Numbered from the stretch's first letter, positions 1-10,889 are shown. The stretch is 64,000 nucleotides of DNA from an uncultured Chloroflexia bacterium (GCA_963712745.1 CAVQJC010000005.1:288001-352000); one strand, 5' to 3'. A program made the numbers and translations. The notes: a model not told the origin generated them from the sequence alone.

Positions 1-2
1 TT

Positions 3-62
3 CGTCTCGACGTCCACGAGATCTTCGCCAACATCACCGAGGCCGGCGTTCAGTCATCATGA
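3..62 (+). CDS. 3' end of an upstream CDS (partial)
   Basis: Open frame RLDVHEIFANITEAGVQSS* with GC3-rich codons, ending at TGA 60-62 just before the next ATG. Confidence 0.4.
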   Translation, partial: RLDVHEIFANITEAGVQSS

Positions 63-69
63 GCCGGAC

Positions 70-1452
70 ATGAGCGTCCACCCCATCCTGGCGAGGCTCC
101 AGGCCAGCCTGCCCGACCTGCGCGTGCTCACATCGCCCTCGGACACCGCCCCCTTTCGTCGCGACGAGACCGAGTTCGTGCCCGATGGGCAGCCGCTGGC
201 GGTGGTCTTCCCCTCGTCCACCGCCGAGGTCAGCACCGTCGTCCGGCACTGTGCCCGGCAGCGGGTGCCGGTGGTCGTGCGAGGAGGCGGCTCCGGTCTC
301 TCCGGCGGTGCCAACGCGGTGGAGGGTTGCATCGTGCTGGTCATGACTGGCATGGACCGCATCCTGGAGATCGACCCCCACAACCTGGTCGTGGTCACCC
401 AGGCCGGCGTCATCACCGCCGACCTCGAGCACGCCGTCGAAGCACAGGGTCTGCTCTACCCGCCCGATCCAGCCAGCCACGAGATCAGCTGCATCGGCGG
501 CAACATCGCCGAGAACGCGGGCGGCCTGCGCTGTGTCAAGTACGGGGTCACCCGCGACTACGTGCTGGGCCTGGAGGTCGTGCTCGCGGACGGCGAGGTC
601 ATCCGCACCGGTGGCCGCAACGTCAAGGACGTGGCCGGCTACGACCTGACCCGGCTCATGGTCGGATCGGAGGGGACACTCGGCATCATCACCGAGGCCA
701 CCCTTCGGCTGCGCCCGCTGCCGGCGCCCAAGACGACCTTGCTGGCCTTCTTTCCCAGCGTGCGGCAGGCGGGGGACGCGGTCTCGCGCATCACCGCGGC
801 CGGCGTCGTGCCGGTGACTCTGGAGATGCTCGACCGCCACATCATCGACGCCGTCGAGTCGGCCCTTCACCTGGGACTCGACCCAGCCGCCGGTGCCATG
901 CTGATGATCGAATCCGACGCGGGCGGCGAGCTGGCCGACCGCGAGCTGGAGGCAGCGGCGGGGGCCTGCGAGGCTGCCGGCGCCACCTCGTTGGACCGGG
1001 CCACCGATGAGGCCGAGGCGGATGCGATGCGTGAAGCCCGCCGCAAGGCGCACTACTCGCTCGAGCAGCTGGGGCAGGCACGGACCGAGGACGTCAGCGT
1101 GCCCCGCAGCCGGGTCGGCGACCTGATCGAGGCCATCGCCGGCATCTCCGAGCGACACGGCATGGAGATCGGCGTCTTCGGCCACGCCGGCGACGGCAAC
1201 TTCCACCCGGCCTACGTGACCGGGCATGACGACCCGCGTGCCGAGGAGCGCACGGACGCGGTGCGGGCCGAGGTGTACACCGCGGTGCTCGCGCTTGGCG
1301 GCTCCATCACCGGGGAGCACGGTACGGGCCTGACCAAACGGAGCTTCCTCGAGCAGCAGGTCGGGCCCCGGGGCCTGGCGGTCATGCGCGCTATCAAGGC
1401 CGCGCTCGACCCCGACGGCATCCTCAACCCGGGCAAGGTGCTGCCCGACTGA
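70..1452 (+). CDS. FAD-linked oxidase, glycolate oxidase GlcD / D-lactate dehydrogenase family
   Basis: RGGGSGLSGGA, PPDPAS, IGGNIAENAGG, GSEGTLGIIT, GHAGDGNFH, GEHGTG and LDPDGILNPGK motifs. Confidence 0.9.
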   Translation: MSVHPILARLQASLPDLRVLTSPSDTAPFRRDETEFVPDGQPLAVVFPSSTAEVSTVVRHCARQRVPVVVRGGGSGLSGGANAVEGCIVLVMTGMDRILEIDPHNLVVVTQAGVITADLEHAVEAQGLLYPPDPASHEISCIGGNIAENAGGLRCVKYGVTRDYVLGLEVVLADGEVIRTGGRNVKDVAGYDLTRLMVGSEGTLGIITEATLRLRPLPAPKTTLLAFFPSVRQAGDAVSRITAAGVVPVTLEMLDRHIIDAVESALHLGLDPAAGAMLMIESDAGGELADRELEAAAGACEAAGATSLDRATDEAEADAMREARRKAHYSLEQLGQARTEDVSVPRSRVGDLIEAIAGISERHGMEIGVFGHAGDGNFHPAYVTGHDDPRAEERTDAVRAEVYTAVLALGGSITGEHGTGLTKRSFLEQQVGPRGLAVMRAIKAALDPDGILNPGKVLPD

Positions 1453-1570
1453 GACGACCGCTCAGGCTGCTGGCCGGCATCAGCGCCGGCTGCGGACCCA
1501 CGTGGAGGCGGTGAAGACGGCCCTGCCGGCACTCATCGCCTCCTACATCGCCGAGCCGGCACGACCGGCG

Positions 1571-1969
1571 ATGGCGAGACCCCAGTCGGCCCGAGGAACG
1601 CGGCCGCCACCTATCTCGTCACCGTCGCCATCAACGGCGCGGCGGTGGCTCTGCCCCTCAACGGGCTCGCGGCCGCAGATCTCCGATCGGTTCCCGGTCC
1701 TGGTCACGCCGGCGGCGGCCGGCGTGGCCATCGCGGCTATGATGCTCGTCCGCGAGTCCGATTGGGCCTTCGCCCTGGTCATCATCTGGGCCTACGTCGG
1801 CATCGCGGTGAAGCAAGAGGCCGTCGTCGCGGTCGCGGCTGCGGTGGCGGTAGCGATCGTGGTGGGTGTGCTCATCGCCTACGTGCTGCTCCGTTCACGG
1901 CAGACGGAGCCGGGGGCCCACCGCCCCACCTGGGGCCGGCTGGGGCGCAGCCGTGCGCCGCGCCCGTGA
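1571..1969 (+). pseudogene. Disrupted tryptophan-rich sensory (TspO/MBR-like) membrane protein
   Basis: YLVTVAINGAAVALPLNG in one frame joins QISDRFPVLVTPA in another (shift near 1675), then jumps to the C-terminal AFALVIIWAYVGIAVKQ; the middle of the family sequence appears deleted. Confidence 0.5.
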
Positions 1970-2064
1970 CAGCGACGCCAGTGGGCGCCACAATGTCGGC
2001 TTCGCGCGAGCGGCGGTCGTGACCGCGCGGCGTGCGATCGAGGAGGATAGGGAGGAGCGGAGCC

Positions 2065-3516
2065 ATGGCAGGGACGCCCCGGGCGGTGCACGCCTATCAG
2101 CAGTGGATCGCGGGCGCTTGGGTCGACAGCGCCAGCGGCCAGACCACCGAGGTCCTCAACCCAGCAGACGGCGAGGTCATCGCATCGGTGCCAGCGTCAG
2201 GCCCCGAGGACGTCGATCGCGCCGCCAACGCAGCCGCGGCGGCCTTCGAGACCTGGGGGCATACCACGCCGCAGGATCGGAGCCTGATGCTGCTCAAGCT
2301 GGCCGACGCGCTCGAGGCCCGGGCAGATGAGCTGGGCGCCCTCGAGAGCCGCAACTGTGGCAAGCCCCGCGGCGCGGCCGTGGACGAGGTCACGACCATG
2401 GCCGACAACCTGCGCTTCTTCGCGGGAGCAGCACGAGTCATGGAGGGCAAGGCCGCCAACGAGTACATCGCCGACCGGACCTCCCTCATCCGTCGGGACC
2501 CGGTCGGGGTGGTGGCATCCATCGCTCCCTGGAACTACCCCATCTACATGGCCGGCTGGAAGATCGGGCCGGCACTTGCAGCCGGCAACACGGTCGTGCT
2601 CAAGCCGTCCATCCGGACGCCGCTGACCTCGCTGGCGCTGGCGGAGATCGCGGCGGACATCTTCCCGCCCGGCGTACTCAACGTCATCACCGGCAGCGGC
2701 GAAGCCATCGGCGATGCGCTGGTGACCCACCCGCGCGTGGACATGGTCTCCGTCACCGGCGACACCGCCACCGGCCAGCGCATCGCGCGCAACGCGGCCG
2801 ATTCGGTCAAGCGACTCCACCTCGAGCTGGGCGGCAAGGCGCCAGTCCTCGTCTTCGACGACGCGGACGTAGCCCTGGCGGCGCAGACGATCCGTTCGGC
2901 CGGCTTCTGGAACTCCGGCCAGGACTGCACCGCGGCCTGCAGGGTCATCGCCGGCCCGGCCGTCTACGACCGCTTCGTGGCCGCGCTCTCCGACGAAGTG
3001 CGGGCCATCCGCTGGGGCGACCCTGCGACCCAGGAGGACCTGGAGATGGGCTCGCTCATCGGGCCGGGCCAGGTGGACAGGGTGGCAGGCATGGTCGAGC
3101 GCGCTGGCTCCGGCGCCGAGATCGTGGTCGGCGGGGTCCGCCCCGATCGTGCCGGCGCGTACTACGAGCCCACGCTCATCGCCGGACCGGACCAGGGCAG
3201 CGAGATCATCCAGGACGAGGTCTTTGGCCCGGTGGTGACGGTCCAGCGGGTCAGCGACGAGGAGACGGCGGTGGCCTGGGCCAACGACGTGCGTTACGGG
3301 CTGGCCGCGTCGGTCTTCACACGCGACATCGGCCGGGCCATGCGGGTGTCCAAGGCCCTCCAGTACGGGACGGTCTGGGTCAACGACCACTTCACGCTCG
3401 TCTCGGAGATGCCGCACGGCGGGTTCAAGCAGTCGGGCTGGGGCAAGGACCAGTCGATGTACGCGGTCGAGGACTACACCGTCGTCAAGCACGTGATGAT
3501 CAACACCGGCGTGTGA
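2065..3516 (+). CDS. patD: Aminobutyraldehyde dehydrogenase (aldehyde dehydrogenase family)
   Basis: [40 protein letters not shown] motifs; GGAGGAG RBS; adjacent polyamine ABC genes. Confidence 0.85.
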   Translation: MAGTPRAVHAYQQWIAGAWVDSASGQTTEVLNPADGEVIASVPASGPEDVDRAANAAAAAFETWGHTTPQDRSLMLLKLADALEARADELGALESRNCGKPRGAAVDEVTTMADNLRFFAGAARVMEGKAANEYIADRTSLIRRDPVGVVASIAPWNYPIYMAGWKIGPALAAGNTVVLKPSIRTPLTSLALAEIAADIFPPGVLNVITGSGEAIGDALVTHPRVDMVSVTGDTATGQRIARNAADSVKRLHLELGGKAPVLVFDDADVALAAQTIRSAGFWNSGQDCTAACRVIAGPAVYDRFVAALSDEVRAIRWGDPATQEDLEMGSLIGPGQVDRVAGMVERAGSGAEIVVGGVRPDRAGAYYEPTLIAGPDQGSEIIQDEVFGPVVTVQRVSDEETAVAWANDVRYGLAASVFTRDIGRAMRVSKALQYGTVWVNDHFTLVSEMPHGGFKQSGWGKDQSMYAVEDYTVVKHVMINTGV

Positions 3517-3570
3517 GGTGGCCGACGACATGACGAAGCGGGCACCGATCCCCCCAGCGCCGAGGATGCA

Positions 3571-4695
3571 TTGAGCATACGGGCGGGCGCAGCCGGGCCC
3601 GGGCCGGCCACCGCTGCCGTTGCCGACACCGACGTGGCGGTGAGCCTCGAGAACCTCACCAAGGACTACGGCGAGGTGACCGCCGTGGACGGCATCGACC
3701 TGCAGATCCGCAAGGGCGAGTTCTTCTCGCTGCTGGGACCCTCGGGCTCGGGCAAGACCACCACCCTGCGCATGATCGCCGGCTTCGAGCTGCCGACAGC
3801 GGGGCGCGTCCTGCTCGATGGGCGGGACGTCTCGCGGTTGCCGCCGTACGAGCGCGACGTGAACACCGTCTTCCAGGACTACGCCCTGTTCCCGCACATG
3901 TCGGTCGGCGACAACGTGGCCTACGGGCTGATGATCCGCAAGGTATCCCGCGCTGAGCGCCGGGAGCGGGCCGGGGAGGCCTTGCGCATGGTCCGACTGG
4001 AGGGCTACGAGGCACGCAAGCCGGGCCAGCTCTCCGGCGGCCAGCGCCAGCGAGTGGCGCTGGCGCGTGCCCTGGTCAACCGCCCCAGCGTGCTGCTGCT
4101 CGACGAGCCGCTGGGCGCGCTCGACCTGAAGCTCCGCCAGCAGATGCAGATCGAGCTCAAGACCATCCAGCAGGACGTAGGCATCACCTTCATCTACGTC
4201 ACCCACGACCAGGACGAGGCCCTCGCCATGAGCGACCGCATGGCCATCTTCGACCGCGGGCGCATCGAGCAGGTGGGGCCTCCGGCGGAGGTCTACGAGG
4301 CTCCGGCGACCGCCTTCGTGGCGGGCTTCGTGGGCACGTCGAACATCCTCAGCGGAGCCGCTGCGGAGGCCATCCTGGGCGCCGGCGGTACCTTCACCGT
4401 GCGGCCCGAGAAGATCCATCTCGAAGAAGCCGGTGCGACCGTGCCCGATAGCTCCGTGGCGGCCGACGGCCGAGTCCACGACGTGGTCTACCTGGGCTCG
4501 GACACGAAATACCACGTCGAGCTCGATGCGGGCGGCACACTGGAGGTCATCAAACAGAACGTGGCCACCTCATCGACCGAAGCACTGGCGCTCAAGGGCG
4601 CGCGCGTGCGACTGGTGTGGGAACGGCGCCACGTGCTCCCCGTTCTATCCGAACCATCCCCTGCAGGCGGCGATCCGAGGGCGCCTGCGTCCTGA
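3571..4695 (+). CDS. Polyamine ABC transporter ATP-binding protein (PotA/YdcT-like); start uncertain
   Basis: [28 protein letters not shown]-terminal TOBE-like region. Confidence 0.9.
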   Translation: MSIRAGAAGPGPATAAVADTDVAVSLENLTKDYGEVTAVDGIDLQIRKGEFFSLLGPSGSGKTTTLRMIAGFELPTAGRVLLDGRDVSRLPPYERDVNTVFQDYALFPHMSVGDNVAYGLMIRKVSRAERRERAGEALRMVRLEGYEARKPGQLSGGQRQRVALARALVNRPSVLLLDEPLGALDLKLRQQMQIELKTIQQDVGITFIYVTHDQDEALAMSDRMAIFDRGRIEQVGPPAEVYEAPATAFVAGFVGTSNILSGAAAEAILGAGGTFTVRPEKIHLEEAGATVPDSSVAADGRVHDVVYLGSDTKYHVELDAGGTLEVIKQNVATSSTEALALKGARVRLVWERRHVLPVLSEPSPAGGDPRAPAS

Positions 4696-4749
4696 ACTCG
4701 GTCCCCCCAACCAAGAGGAGAGGACAAGACATTGGAGGTAGGAAGAAAC

Positions 4750-5940
4750 ATGAGAACCCCTGTCCGTGTTCGGGCAGCCGTCGGCCTGGCCGTCGTGCTC
4801 AGTCTGGCCGCCACGCCCGTGGTGCTGGCCCAGGAGCTGCCCGTGCCTGAGGGCGCCCTCACAGAGATCGGCGAGCCCGAAGGCTCGGTCGAGGTCGTAG
4901 CCTGGGCAGGCTACGTGGAGGACGGCTCGAACGACCCGGCCATCGACTGGGTCAGTTCCTTCGAGGAGTCCACCGGCTGCGAGGTCAACGTCACGCTGGG
5001 TAACACGTCCGACGAGATGTTCACACTCATGCAGACGGGCAACTACGACCTCGTCTCGGCATCGGGCGACGCGTCGAACCGCCTCATCGCGTCAGGCACG
5101 GTCCAACCCATCAATCTCAACCTCATCCCCAACTACGCCGACGTCTTCGAGGGCCTGAAGAACCAGCCCCACAACACGGTCGACGGCGTGGCCTACGGGG
5201 TGCCACACGGCCGCGGTGCCAACCTGCTCATGTACAACACCGAAGAGGTGAGCCCGGCCCCGGACAGCTGGGCTGTGGTTTGGGAGCCCGACTCCGAGTG
5301 GGCCGCGCAGGTGGCCGGCAAGGTCACCGCCTACGACAGCCCCATCTACATCGCCGACGCAGCCGTCTACCTGATGGCCACCCGGCCCGAGCTGGGCATC
5401 CAGAACCCCTACGCGCTCGACGACACGCAGTTCGCCGCAGCGGTCGACCTGGCCAAGCAGCAGCGCGAGCTCATCGGCCGCTACTGGGCCCTCTACACCG
5501 ATGAGATCGCCCAGTTCCAGGCCGGTGACTCCAACGTGGGCACCACCTGGCAGGTCATCGCCAACGTCCTCCAGGGCAGCGAGCCGGTCACGCCCATCGA
5601 CGTGGTCCTGCCCAAGGAAGGCTCGACCGGCTGGTCCGACACCTGGATGCTGGCCAGCGAGGCCGCACATCCCAACTGCGGCTACCTGTTCATGAACCAC
5701 ATCATCTCGCCCGAGGTGAACGTGGTCGCCACCGAGTACTTCGGCGAGGCACCGTCCAACGCCAAGGCGTGCGACCTCAACCCTGAGCACTGCGACACGT
5801 ACCACGCGACCGACGAGGAGTACTTCTCCAACGTCTGGTACTGGTCGACCCCCCAGGCCCAGTGCCTCGACGGCCGCACCGACGTGGTCTGCAAGGACTA
5901 CTCGGAGTGGACGCAGGCCTGGACCGAGATCAAGGGCTGA
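4750..5940 (+). CDS. Polyamine ABC transporter substrate-binding protein (YdcS/PotD-like)
   Basis: Signal peptide, VVAWAGYVE, ASGDAS, PKEGSTGWSDTWML motifs. Confidence 0.88.
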   Translation: MRTPVRVRAAVGLAVVLSLAATPVVLAQELPVPEGALTEIGEPEGSVEVVAWAGYVEDGSNDPAIDWVSSFEESTGCEVNVTLGNTSDEMFTLMQTGNYDLVSASGDASNRLIASGTVQPINLNLIPNYADVFEGLKNQPHNTVDGVAYGVPHGRGANLLMYNTEEVSPAPDSWAVVWEPDSEWAAQVAGKVTAYDSPIYIADAAVYLMATRPELGIQNPYALDDTQFAAAVDLAKQQRELIGRYWALYTDEIAQFQAGDSNVGTTWQVIANVLQGSEPVTPIDVVLPKEGSTGWSDTWMLASEAAHPNCGYLFMNHIISPEVNVVATEYFGEAPSNAKACDLNPEHCDTYHATDEEYFSNVWYWSTPQAQCLDGRTDVVCKDYSEWTQAWTEIKG

Positions 5941-6039
5941 CCGCCCCATGATGTACGGCGCGGGCGCGTCATGGGCCACCAGGGCCCGGGCCTGCTCGCG
6001 CCCGAGTCACCCCTATGCCACGACGGCGGGTGCGCTCCG

Positions 6040-6936
6040 ATGAGTGCGCCCGCCGTATCGCTGCCTGGCTCGGGCTCGCTGCGCGCTGGCCAGCGCTGGC
6101 TGTACCGGCATCCGCGCGTGCAGCTGGTGGCGCTGCTGGCACTGCCGATCGGCGCCCTCTTCGTGGTCTACCTCGGCTCGCTCGTCGTGCTGCTGGCCAA
6201 CGCGTTCTGGACGCTGGACCCCTTCACTCGGCAGGTGCAGCGCGAGCCGAGCCTGGACAACTTCGCGACCATCCTCAACGGCGCGGTCTACCGCACCATC
6301 ACCTTGCGGACCATCGGCATGGCCGCGCTCGTGACCCTGACCTGCGCCACCATCGGCTTTCCGGTCGCCTACTACATCGCCCGCATCGCCTCGCTGAGAA
6401 GCCGGCGACTGCTGGTGGTCATGGTGCTGCTGCCGCTGTGGGCCAGCTACCTCGTCAAGGTCTTCGCCTGGCGCACCATCCTGCAGCAGAAGGGCCTGCT
6501 CAACTGGGTGCTGGAGCCGCTCGGCCTGGAGGGGCCAGGCTACGGCGACGTGGCGGTGTGGCTGGTGTTCACGTACCTCTGGCTGCCCTACATGATCCTG
6601 CCTATCGTGGCCGGTCTCGAGCGGATCCCCTCATCGCTGCTGGAGGCCTCCGCCGACCTTGGGGGCCGCTCCACCTTCACCTTCCGCAAGGTCATCTTCC
6701 CCCTCGCGCTGCCGGCGGTGGTGGCCGGCTCCATCTTCACGTTCTCGCTGACGCTGGGTGACTTCATCACGCCCTCCCTGGTCTCGAGTACGCAGTTCCT
6801 GGGCAACGTCATCCAGCGGGAGGTAGGCGTGTCAGGCAACCTGCCGCTGGCGGCAGCACTGGCGCTCATCCCGGTCATCGTGATGGTGGTGTACCTGGCG
6901 GTGGCGCGGAAGCTCGGCGCCTTCGAGGCGATGTGA
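6040..6936 (+). CDS. Polyamine ABC transporter permease (PotB/YdcU-like)
   Basis: Hydrophobic helices, PLWASYLVK, EASADLG (EAA loop), FSLTLGDFITP. Confidence 0.88.
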   Translation: MSAPAVSLPGSGSLRAGQRWLYRHPRVQLVALLALPIGALFVVYLGSLVVLLANAFWTLDPFTRQVQREPSLDNFATILNGAVYRTITLRTIGMAALVTLTCATIGFPVAYYIARIASLRSRRLLVVMVLLPLWASYLVKVFAWRTILQQKGLLNWVLEPLGLEGPGYGDVAVWLVFTYLWLPYMILPIVAGLERIPSSLLEASADLGGRSTFTFRKVIFPLALPAVVAGSIFTFSLTLGDFITPSLVSSTQFLGNVIQREVGVSGNLPLAAALALIPVIVMVVYLAVARKLGAFEAM

Positions 6937-6937
6937 C

Positions 6938-7735
6938 GTGAACGAGCCGCGCAGCACCCGCCTGCTCCTGAGTCTCGCCACCGTCGCCGTGCTGGCGTTC
7001 ATCTACGTGCCGCTGGTGGTCATCGGCATCTACGCCTTCAACAGCTCCACCAACCAGGCCTGGCCTATCCCCGGCTTGAGCCTGCAGTGGTTCGAGCGCG
7101 CCCTGGAACAGAGCGGCGTTCGTGACGCCTTGTGGACATCCATCCGCGCGGGCCTGACAGCCACCGGCATCGCGTTGGTGCTGGGCAGCCTGGCCGCGTT
7201 CGCGGTGCAGCGCTACAAGTTCTTCGGCCGCGAGACCATCACCTTCCTGATCATCCTGCCCATCGCGCTGCCGGGCATCGTCACCGGTATCGCCCTGAAC
7301 GCTGCCTTCAACACCGCCGACCTGCCCTTCGGGTTCATGACCATCGTCATCGGCCATGCCACCTTCTGCGTGGTCGTCTGCTACAACAACGTGCTCGCGC
7401 GGGTGCGACGCGTCTCGCGCCACCTGGAGGAGGCGTCGATGGACCTGGGCGCGACGCAGTGGCAGACGTTCCGCTTCGTGACCTTCCCGGCCATCCGGAC
7501 CGCGCTCCTCGCCGGCGGCTTGCTGGCCTTCGCGCTGTCGTTCGACGAGGTCATCGTGACGACCTTCACGACCGGCGGAGGCGAGCGCACGCTGCCCATC
7601 TGGATCCTGCAGAACTATTCGCGCACCAACGGCCTGCCCATCGTCAACGCCGTGGCGCTGATCCTCATCCTCGTGTCGATCGTGCCGGTCTACATCGCCC
7701 AACGCCTGGCCGGCGGATCGGTCCCCGCGCGCTGA
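6938..7735 (+). CDS. Polyamine ABC transporter permease (PotC/YdcV-like)
   Basis: EEASMDLGA EAA loop, FALSFDEVIVT, TLPIWI. Confidence 0.88.
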   Translation: MNEPRSTRLLLSLATVAVLAFIYVPLVVIGIYAFNSSTNQAWPIPGLSLQWFERALEQSGVRDALWTSIRAGLTATGIALVLGSLAAFAVQRYKFFGRETITFLIILPIALPGIVTGIALNAAFNTADLPFGFMTIVIGHATFCVVVCYNNVLARVRRVSRHLEEASMDLGATQWQTFRFVTFPAIRTALLAGGLLAFALSFDEVIVTTFTTGGGERTLPIWILQNYSRTNGLPIVNAVALILILVSIVPVYIAQRLAGGSVPAR

Positions 7736-7837
7736 ACGCGGGTCCAGTCGTGGACCGGCCAAGGAGGCGTTCGGTGGACCGATGTGACTGCCCTTGTCGC
7801 GGACCGGGCCGGTAGGGATGCGTGATTCCGGTGTCGA

Positions 7838-7863
7838 CGGGCGACCCGCTAGAATGTCGCCCG
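7838..7863 (+). promoter_or_regulatory. Probable tRNA promoter -10 box enclosed by an 8-bp inverted repeat
   Basis: TAGAAT at 7850-7855, 10 nt before the tRNA; CGGGCGAC/GTCGCCCG flank it. Confidence 0.45.
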
Positions 7864-7865
7864 AG

Positions 7866-7940
7866 GCCGACATAGCTCAGTGGTAGAGCAGCTGTTTCGT
7901 AAACAGCAGGTCCTCGGTTCAAATCCGAGTGTCGGCTCCA
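7866..7940 (+). tRNA. tRNA-Thr(CGT) with encoded CCA
   Basis: Acceptor stem GCCGACA/TGTCGGC, D arm GCTC-AGTGGTA-GAGC, anticodon arm GCTGT-TTCGTAA-ACAGC, T arm CTCGG-TTCAAAT-CCGAG. Confidence 0.97.
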
Positions 7941-7964
7941 CTCCCCACGCGTGAGACGGCCGCC

Positions 7965-8369
7965 TCAGCGTGACCACAGTCGCAGGTCGACGTGCGGTGC
8001 CATGAGCTCGAAGTCGCGGTCCGTGGTGAGCATGACCAGGTCGTGCCGGCGACAGAGCTGCGCAAGCAGCGCATCGATGGTGCCGACCGAGATGCCGTGA
8101 CGACGACAGACGTTCCGCAGCTCGGCCGCTTCCACATGGTCGGCTCGGTCGGGCACAAGGAGCGGGAGCGCAGCGAAGCGCTCGACGATGGCATCGCGTG
8201 CGTTCGGCCCATGGAACCCCTGTAGCAGCTCCTGTAGCACGAGCCCTGTCGTGAAGACGCCCTCTCCCGTTTCGAGTGCCTGGCGCAAGCGCTCGACAGC
8301 CGGTTCATCGGGCGTGGCGTCACGGCGCAGCGCGAGGGACCACACGCTGGTGTCGACGAAGAGGTCCAC
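7965..8369 (-). CDS. vapC: VapC PIN-domain toxin
   Basis: FVDTSVW, LQELLQG, DALLAQL, LTTDRDF acidic PIN motifs. Confidence 0.92.
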   Translation of the reverse strand: MDLFVDTSVWSLALRRDATPDEPAVERLRQALETGEGVFTTGLVLQELLQGFHGPNARDAIVERFAALPLLVPDRADHVEAAELRNVCRRHGISVGTIDALLAQLCRRHDLVMLTTDRDFELMAPHVDLRLWSR

Positions 8370-8567
8370 TCAGCGGGCGCGCTCAGCCTTGTAGTCGTAC
8401 CGCGGATCCCAGTCGAGGGCCGCGAACAGCTCGACGATGCGCCGCTGCTCATGGCGTGCGACGTACTCGCGCAGCGCACGCGTGACCGCCGCGGTCTTGG
8501 TGCGCTCGCCACTCACCTTCACAGCCTGCTCGAGGAGTCCAGGATCGATATCGAGGTTGGTCGGCAT
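8370..8567 (-). CDS. vapB: VapB antitoxin
   Basis: MPTNLDIDPGLLEQA...TKTAAVTRALREYV; abuts vapC; TGTGCG/CGCACA inverted repeat at 8567-8584 over the start. Confidence 0.88.
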   Translation of the reverse strand: MPTNLDIDPGLLEQAVKVSGERTKTAAVTRALREYVARHEQRRIVELFAALDWDPRYDYKAERAR

Positions 8568-8620
8568 GTGCGGATTGTCGCACAATGCTCTGCACAATGG
8601 CAGCGCCTCAGTCTGGGACA

Positions 8621-8640
8621 TCCTCGCGATCCGTCAACAG
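8621..8640 (+). repeat. Highly decayed att core
   Basis: TCCTCGCGA-TCCGTCA-ACAG matches the TCCTCGCGA-TTCGTAA-ACAG junction seen at 34387 and 58618. Confidence 0.55.
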
Positions 8641-8737
8641 GCCAGATCCCTCATCGAAATACTTGAGCCATCGGGCTGGATCGCCGGTGGCCCGCCTGGC
8701 AGCAGGCCACCGGCTGATCCCAGGGGAGCCCCCTTAT

Positions 8738-10258
8738 CTAGTCGACCGTGACTGCTGCCTGGTCTCCTCCGTCCGTGGCCAACGCGTCCGGGGTGACCTC
8801 GAACGCCAGACGGAAGGCTGGCAGTCGCTCGCCAGGGTGATCGGCTTCGTACGTGAGCTGCGGCGTCCGGAAGTTCTGCACGCCGCCGATGTCCTCACCC
8901 TTGTAGATGCCCGGATAGAGGTCGACGAAGTGCCATCCGGCAGCACCCGTCAGGGGCATGTAGATGGTCACATCGCCCTGGCTGTTGAAGCCACAGGAGT
9001 ACCCGAGGAAGGCGTTGTCGTACACGAGGTTGTAGATGTTCGCGGTCTCCGTCCAGCCAACACCCTTGAGCACGATCTCGGCCATCTCGCCGAAGGGCCC
9101 GCGGACGACCTCCGACGAGACCAGCGACGGGGTGATGGTGACGGAGGCCTCGGCTACCTGGCCGTCATCGGTCGCGGCGATGAGTCGATGCGTGCCGCCA
9201 AGATCGTCAGGGATGGCCCAGGCGAACTCGATCGTCCCGTCGTCTCCCGCGGTCACCGCAGCGACCTCATCGGAGACTTCGTCCCAGCCGCTGCCGGAGA
9301 TGCGGTTGCCCACCACGGACGTCCAGGCCAACGAGACCTCCTGCCCAGGCTCGAAGCCATGCCCGGAGATCATCATCGGCGAGCCGACGGGCCCACTTGC
9401 GACATTCGACCAGAGCGCGGGGCCCTCGCCGTCGGGCGGAGCGGCCACCGTCTCGATCGGAAGGGACTGGCTGGCTGCTGGAGGCGGCATGACCGCGTCG
9501 CCAGACGTGATCTCGAAGTCGAAGGTGTAGTCGAGCCGGTCGGGCCGAGGCGACTGCTGGCCGTTGAGATAGGGCACAGTGAACGCACCGTGGATGATGC
9601 GGATGCGGTGGGGGCCGGCGGCGCCCGTCGCAGGGATAGTGGCCTCGGCCACCCCATCGGAGGTGACCGACGTGAGCACGCCCGTGTACTGGTTGTCGTA
9701 GGTCAGCTGCCAGCTGTTCTCGAGGTAGCCCCAGCCGATGCCTTCCATGCGCACCGTGATGGGCGTGCCCACGGGCCCGGATGCGGGCGAGACGGTGAGC
9801 GTGGGCTCCAGGCGGAAGCCGGCCTTGTTGAGCAGCTGCCCATCGGACTCGACGGTCACGTCATGGGTGAACCCGTAGTCCACGGGGGCCTCGAACACGG
9901 CCTCGAACGAGCCGTCTTCGGCCACGGTCGCACCGCTCATCGGCGTCTTGGTCGGGGTGAACTCGCGGCCCACGAACTCCTCGTTGGCGGCGCCCTCCAG
10001 CAGCCACGAACCATCGACGGAGTTCCAGACGACCTCCACGTCGGTGCCGGGTTCGAACCCATCGCCGGTGATGTTGACCTCGGTGCCGGCGACACCTTTC
10101 CACGGCGTCAGCTCGACGCTGCCGACGTACTCGACGACCTGGGCGTCCTGCTGCGCCAGGACCGGTGCGGCGACCAGGATGGCCAGGATGACCGTCGCGG
10201 CGGCGCGACGTAGGCGCCGACCGGATGGCTGACGTGAAACGACGGGTGTGTCCCTCAT
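8738..10258 (-). CDS. Exported protein with repeated beta-sandwich (Ig-like) modules, unknown function
   Basis: Signal peptide ending VLA-QQD; internal repeats G.GFEPG..V...W and GIGWG/GVGWT...YDN. Confidence 0.8.
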   Translation of the reverse strand: MRDTPVVSRQPSGRRLRRAAATVILAILVAAPVLAQQDAQVVEYVGSVELTPWKGVAGTEVNITGDGFEPGTDVEVVWNSVDGSWLLEGAANEEFVGREFTPTKTPMSGATVAEDGSFEAVFEAPVDYGFTHDVTVESDGQLLNKAGFRLEPTLTVSPASGPVGTPITVRMEGIGWGYLENSWQLTYDNQYTGVLTSVTSDGVAEATIPATGAAGPHRIRIIHGAFTVPYLNGQQSPRPDRLDYTFDFEITSGDAVMPPPAASQSLPIETVAAPPDGEGPALWSNVASGPVGSPMMISGHGFEPGQEVSLAWTSVVGNRISGSGWDEVSDEVAAVTAGDDGTIEFAWAIPDDLGGTHRLIAATDDGQVAEASVTITPSLVSSEVVRGPFGEMAEIVLKGVGWTETANIYNLVYDNAFLGYSCGFNSQGDVTIYMPLTGAAGWHFVDLYPGIYKGEDIGGVQNFRTPQLTYEADHPGERLPAFRLAFEVTPDALATDGGDQAAVTVD

Positions 10259-10334
10259 GGCTCCGCCTCGCTCCTGCTTTGCGTCGTGGCGAGCGGATGG
10301 AGCGCCCTGGCTCGGGCGCTCCGTCCGGCTCGAT

Positions 10335-10889
10335 CTAGGCCTCTTCTTCCTCGATGACGGGCCGGACCTCCTCGGTGATGATCAACCTCGCGGGTGACAC
10401 CCCGAATTGCTCGTAGGTCCCGGAGCGCCCGTCCATCGACGTGGCGCTGACCGTGTACCCGAGCTCGCCCGTTGGGTAGTCCTCCGGGATATCCCAGCCA
10501 TACGTCCAGAAGAAGTCCGCCGGTGTGTCTCGCGGATGCGGTCCGTAGCGCATGTCGAGCACCTGGTCGGGCAGCACCACCTGGACAGACTCGAGCATGG
10601 TGTCGTCCATCGGCTGTCCAGTCAGCGGGTCGAAGATCTTGACGCGCCAGACGATCTCCTCGTTTCGCGCGAAGCGGTTGCTCTGGACGCACGACTTGGA
10701 GACGCGCTCCTCGTCAGGAATGTTGGCGGGGCCCCAGACGGTGTCGGCGTCGATGAACAGCCAGTCGCCTGCTGCCTCTTCCTGGGCGGCTACCGGTACC
10801 GCACCCAGCGCGAGCATCGCACCGAGCACGGCCACCAGGAACCCGAGACTCCGCCTTGTCCGGTTCGTCCGGACGGGTCGGGAATCCAT
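10335..10889 (-). CDS. Exported hypothetical protein
   Basis: Signal peptide ending VAA-QEE, GC3-rich coding, GGGAAAGC RBS. Confidence 0.78.
   Translation of the reverse strand: MDSRPVRTNRTRRSLGFLVAVLGAMLALGAVPVAAQEEAAGDWLFIDADTVWGPANIPDEERVSKSCVQSNRFARNEEIVWRVKIFDPLTGQPMDDTMLESVQVVLPDQVLDMRYGPHPRDTPADFFWTYGWDIPEDYPTGELGYTVSATSMDGRSGTYEQFGVSPARLIITEEVRPVIEEEEA

Noticed and set aside
2197-4515. Long antisense ORFs (772 aa here, also 8585-10213, 48529-50118 and others)
   Set aside because: Shadow frames of high-GC genes on the opposite strand, with no motifs
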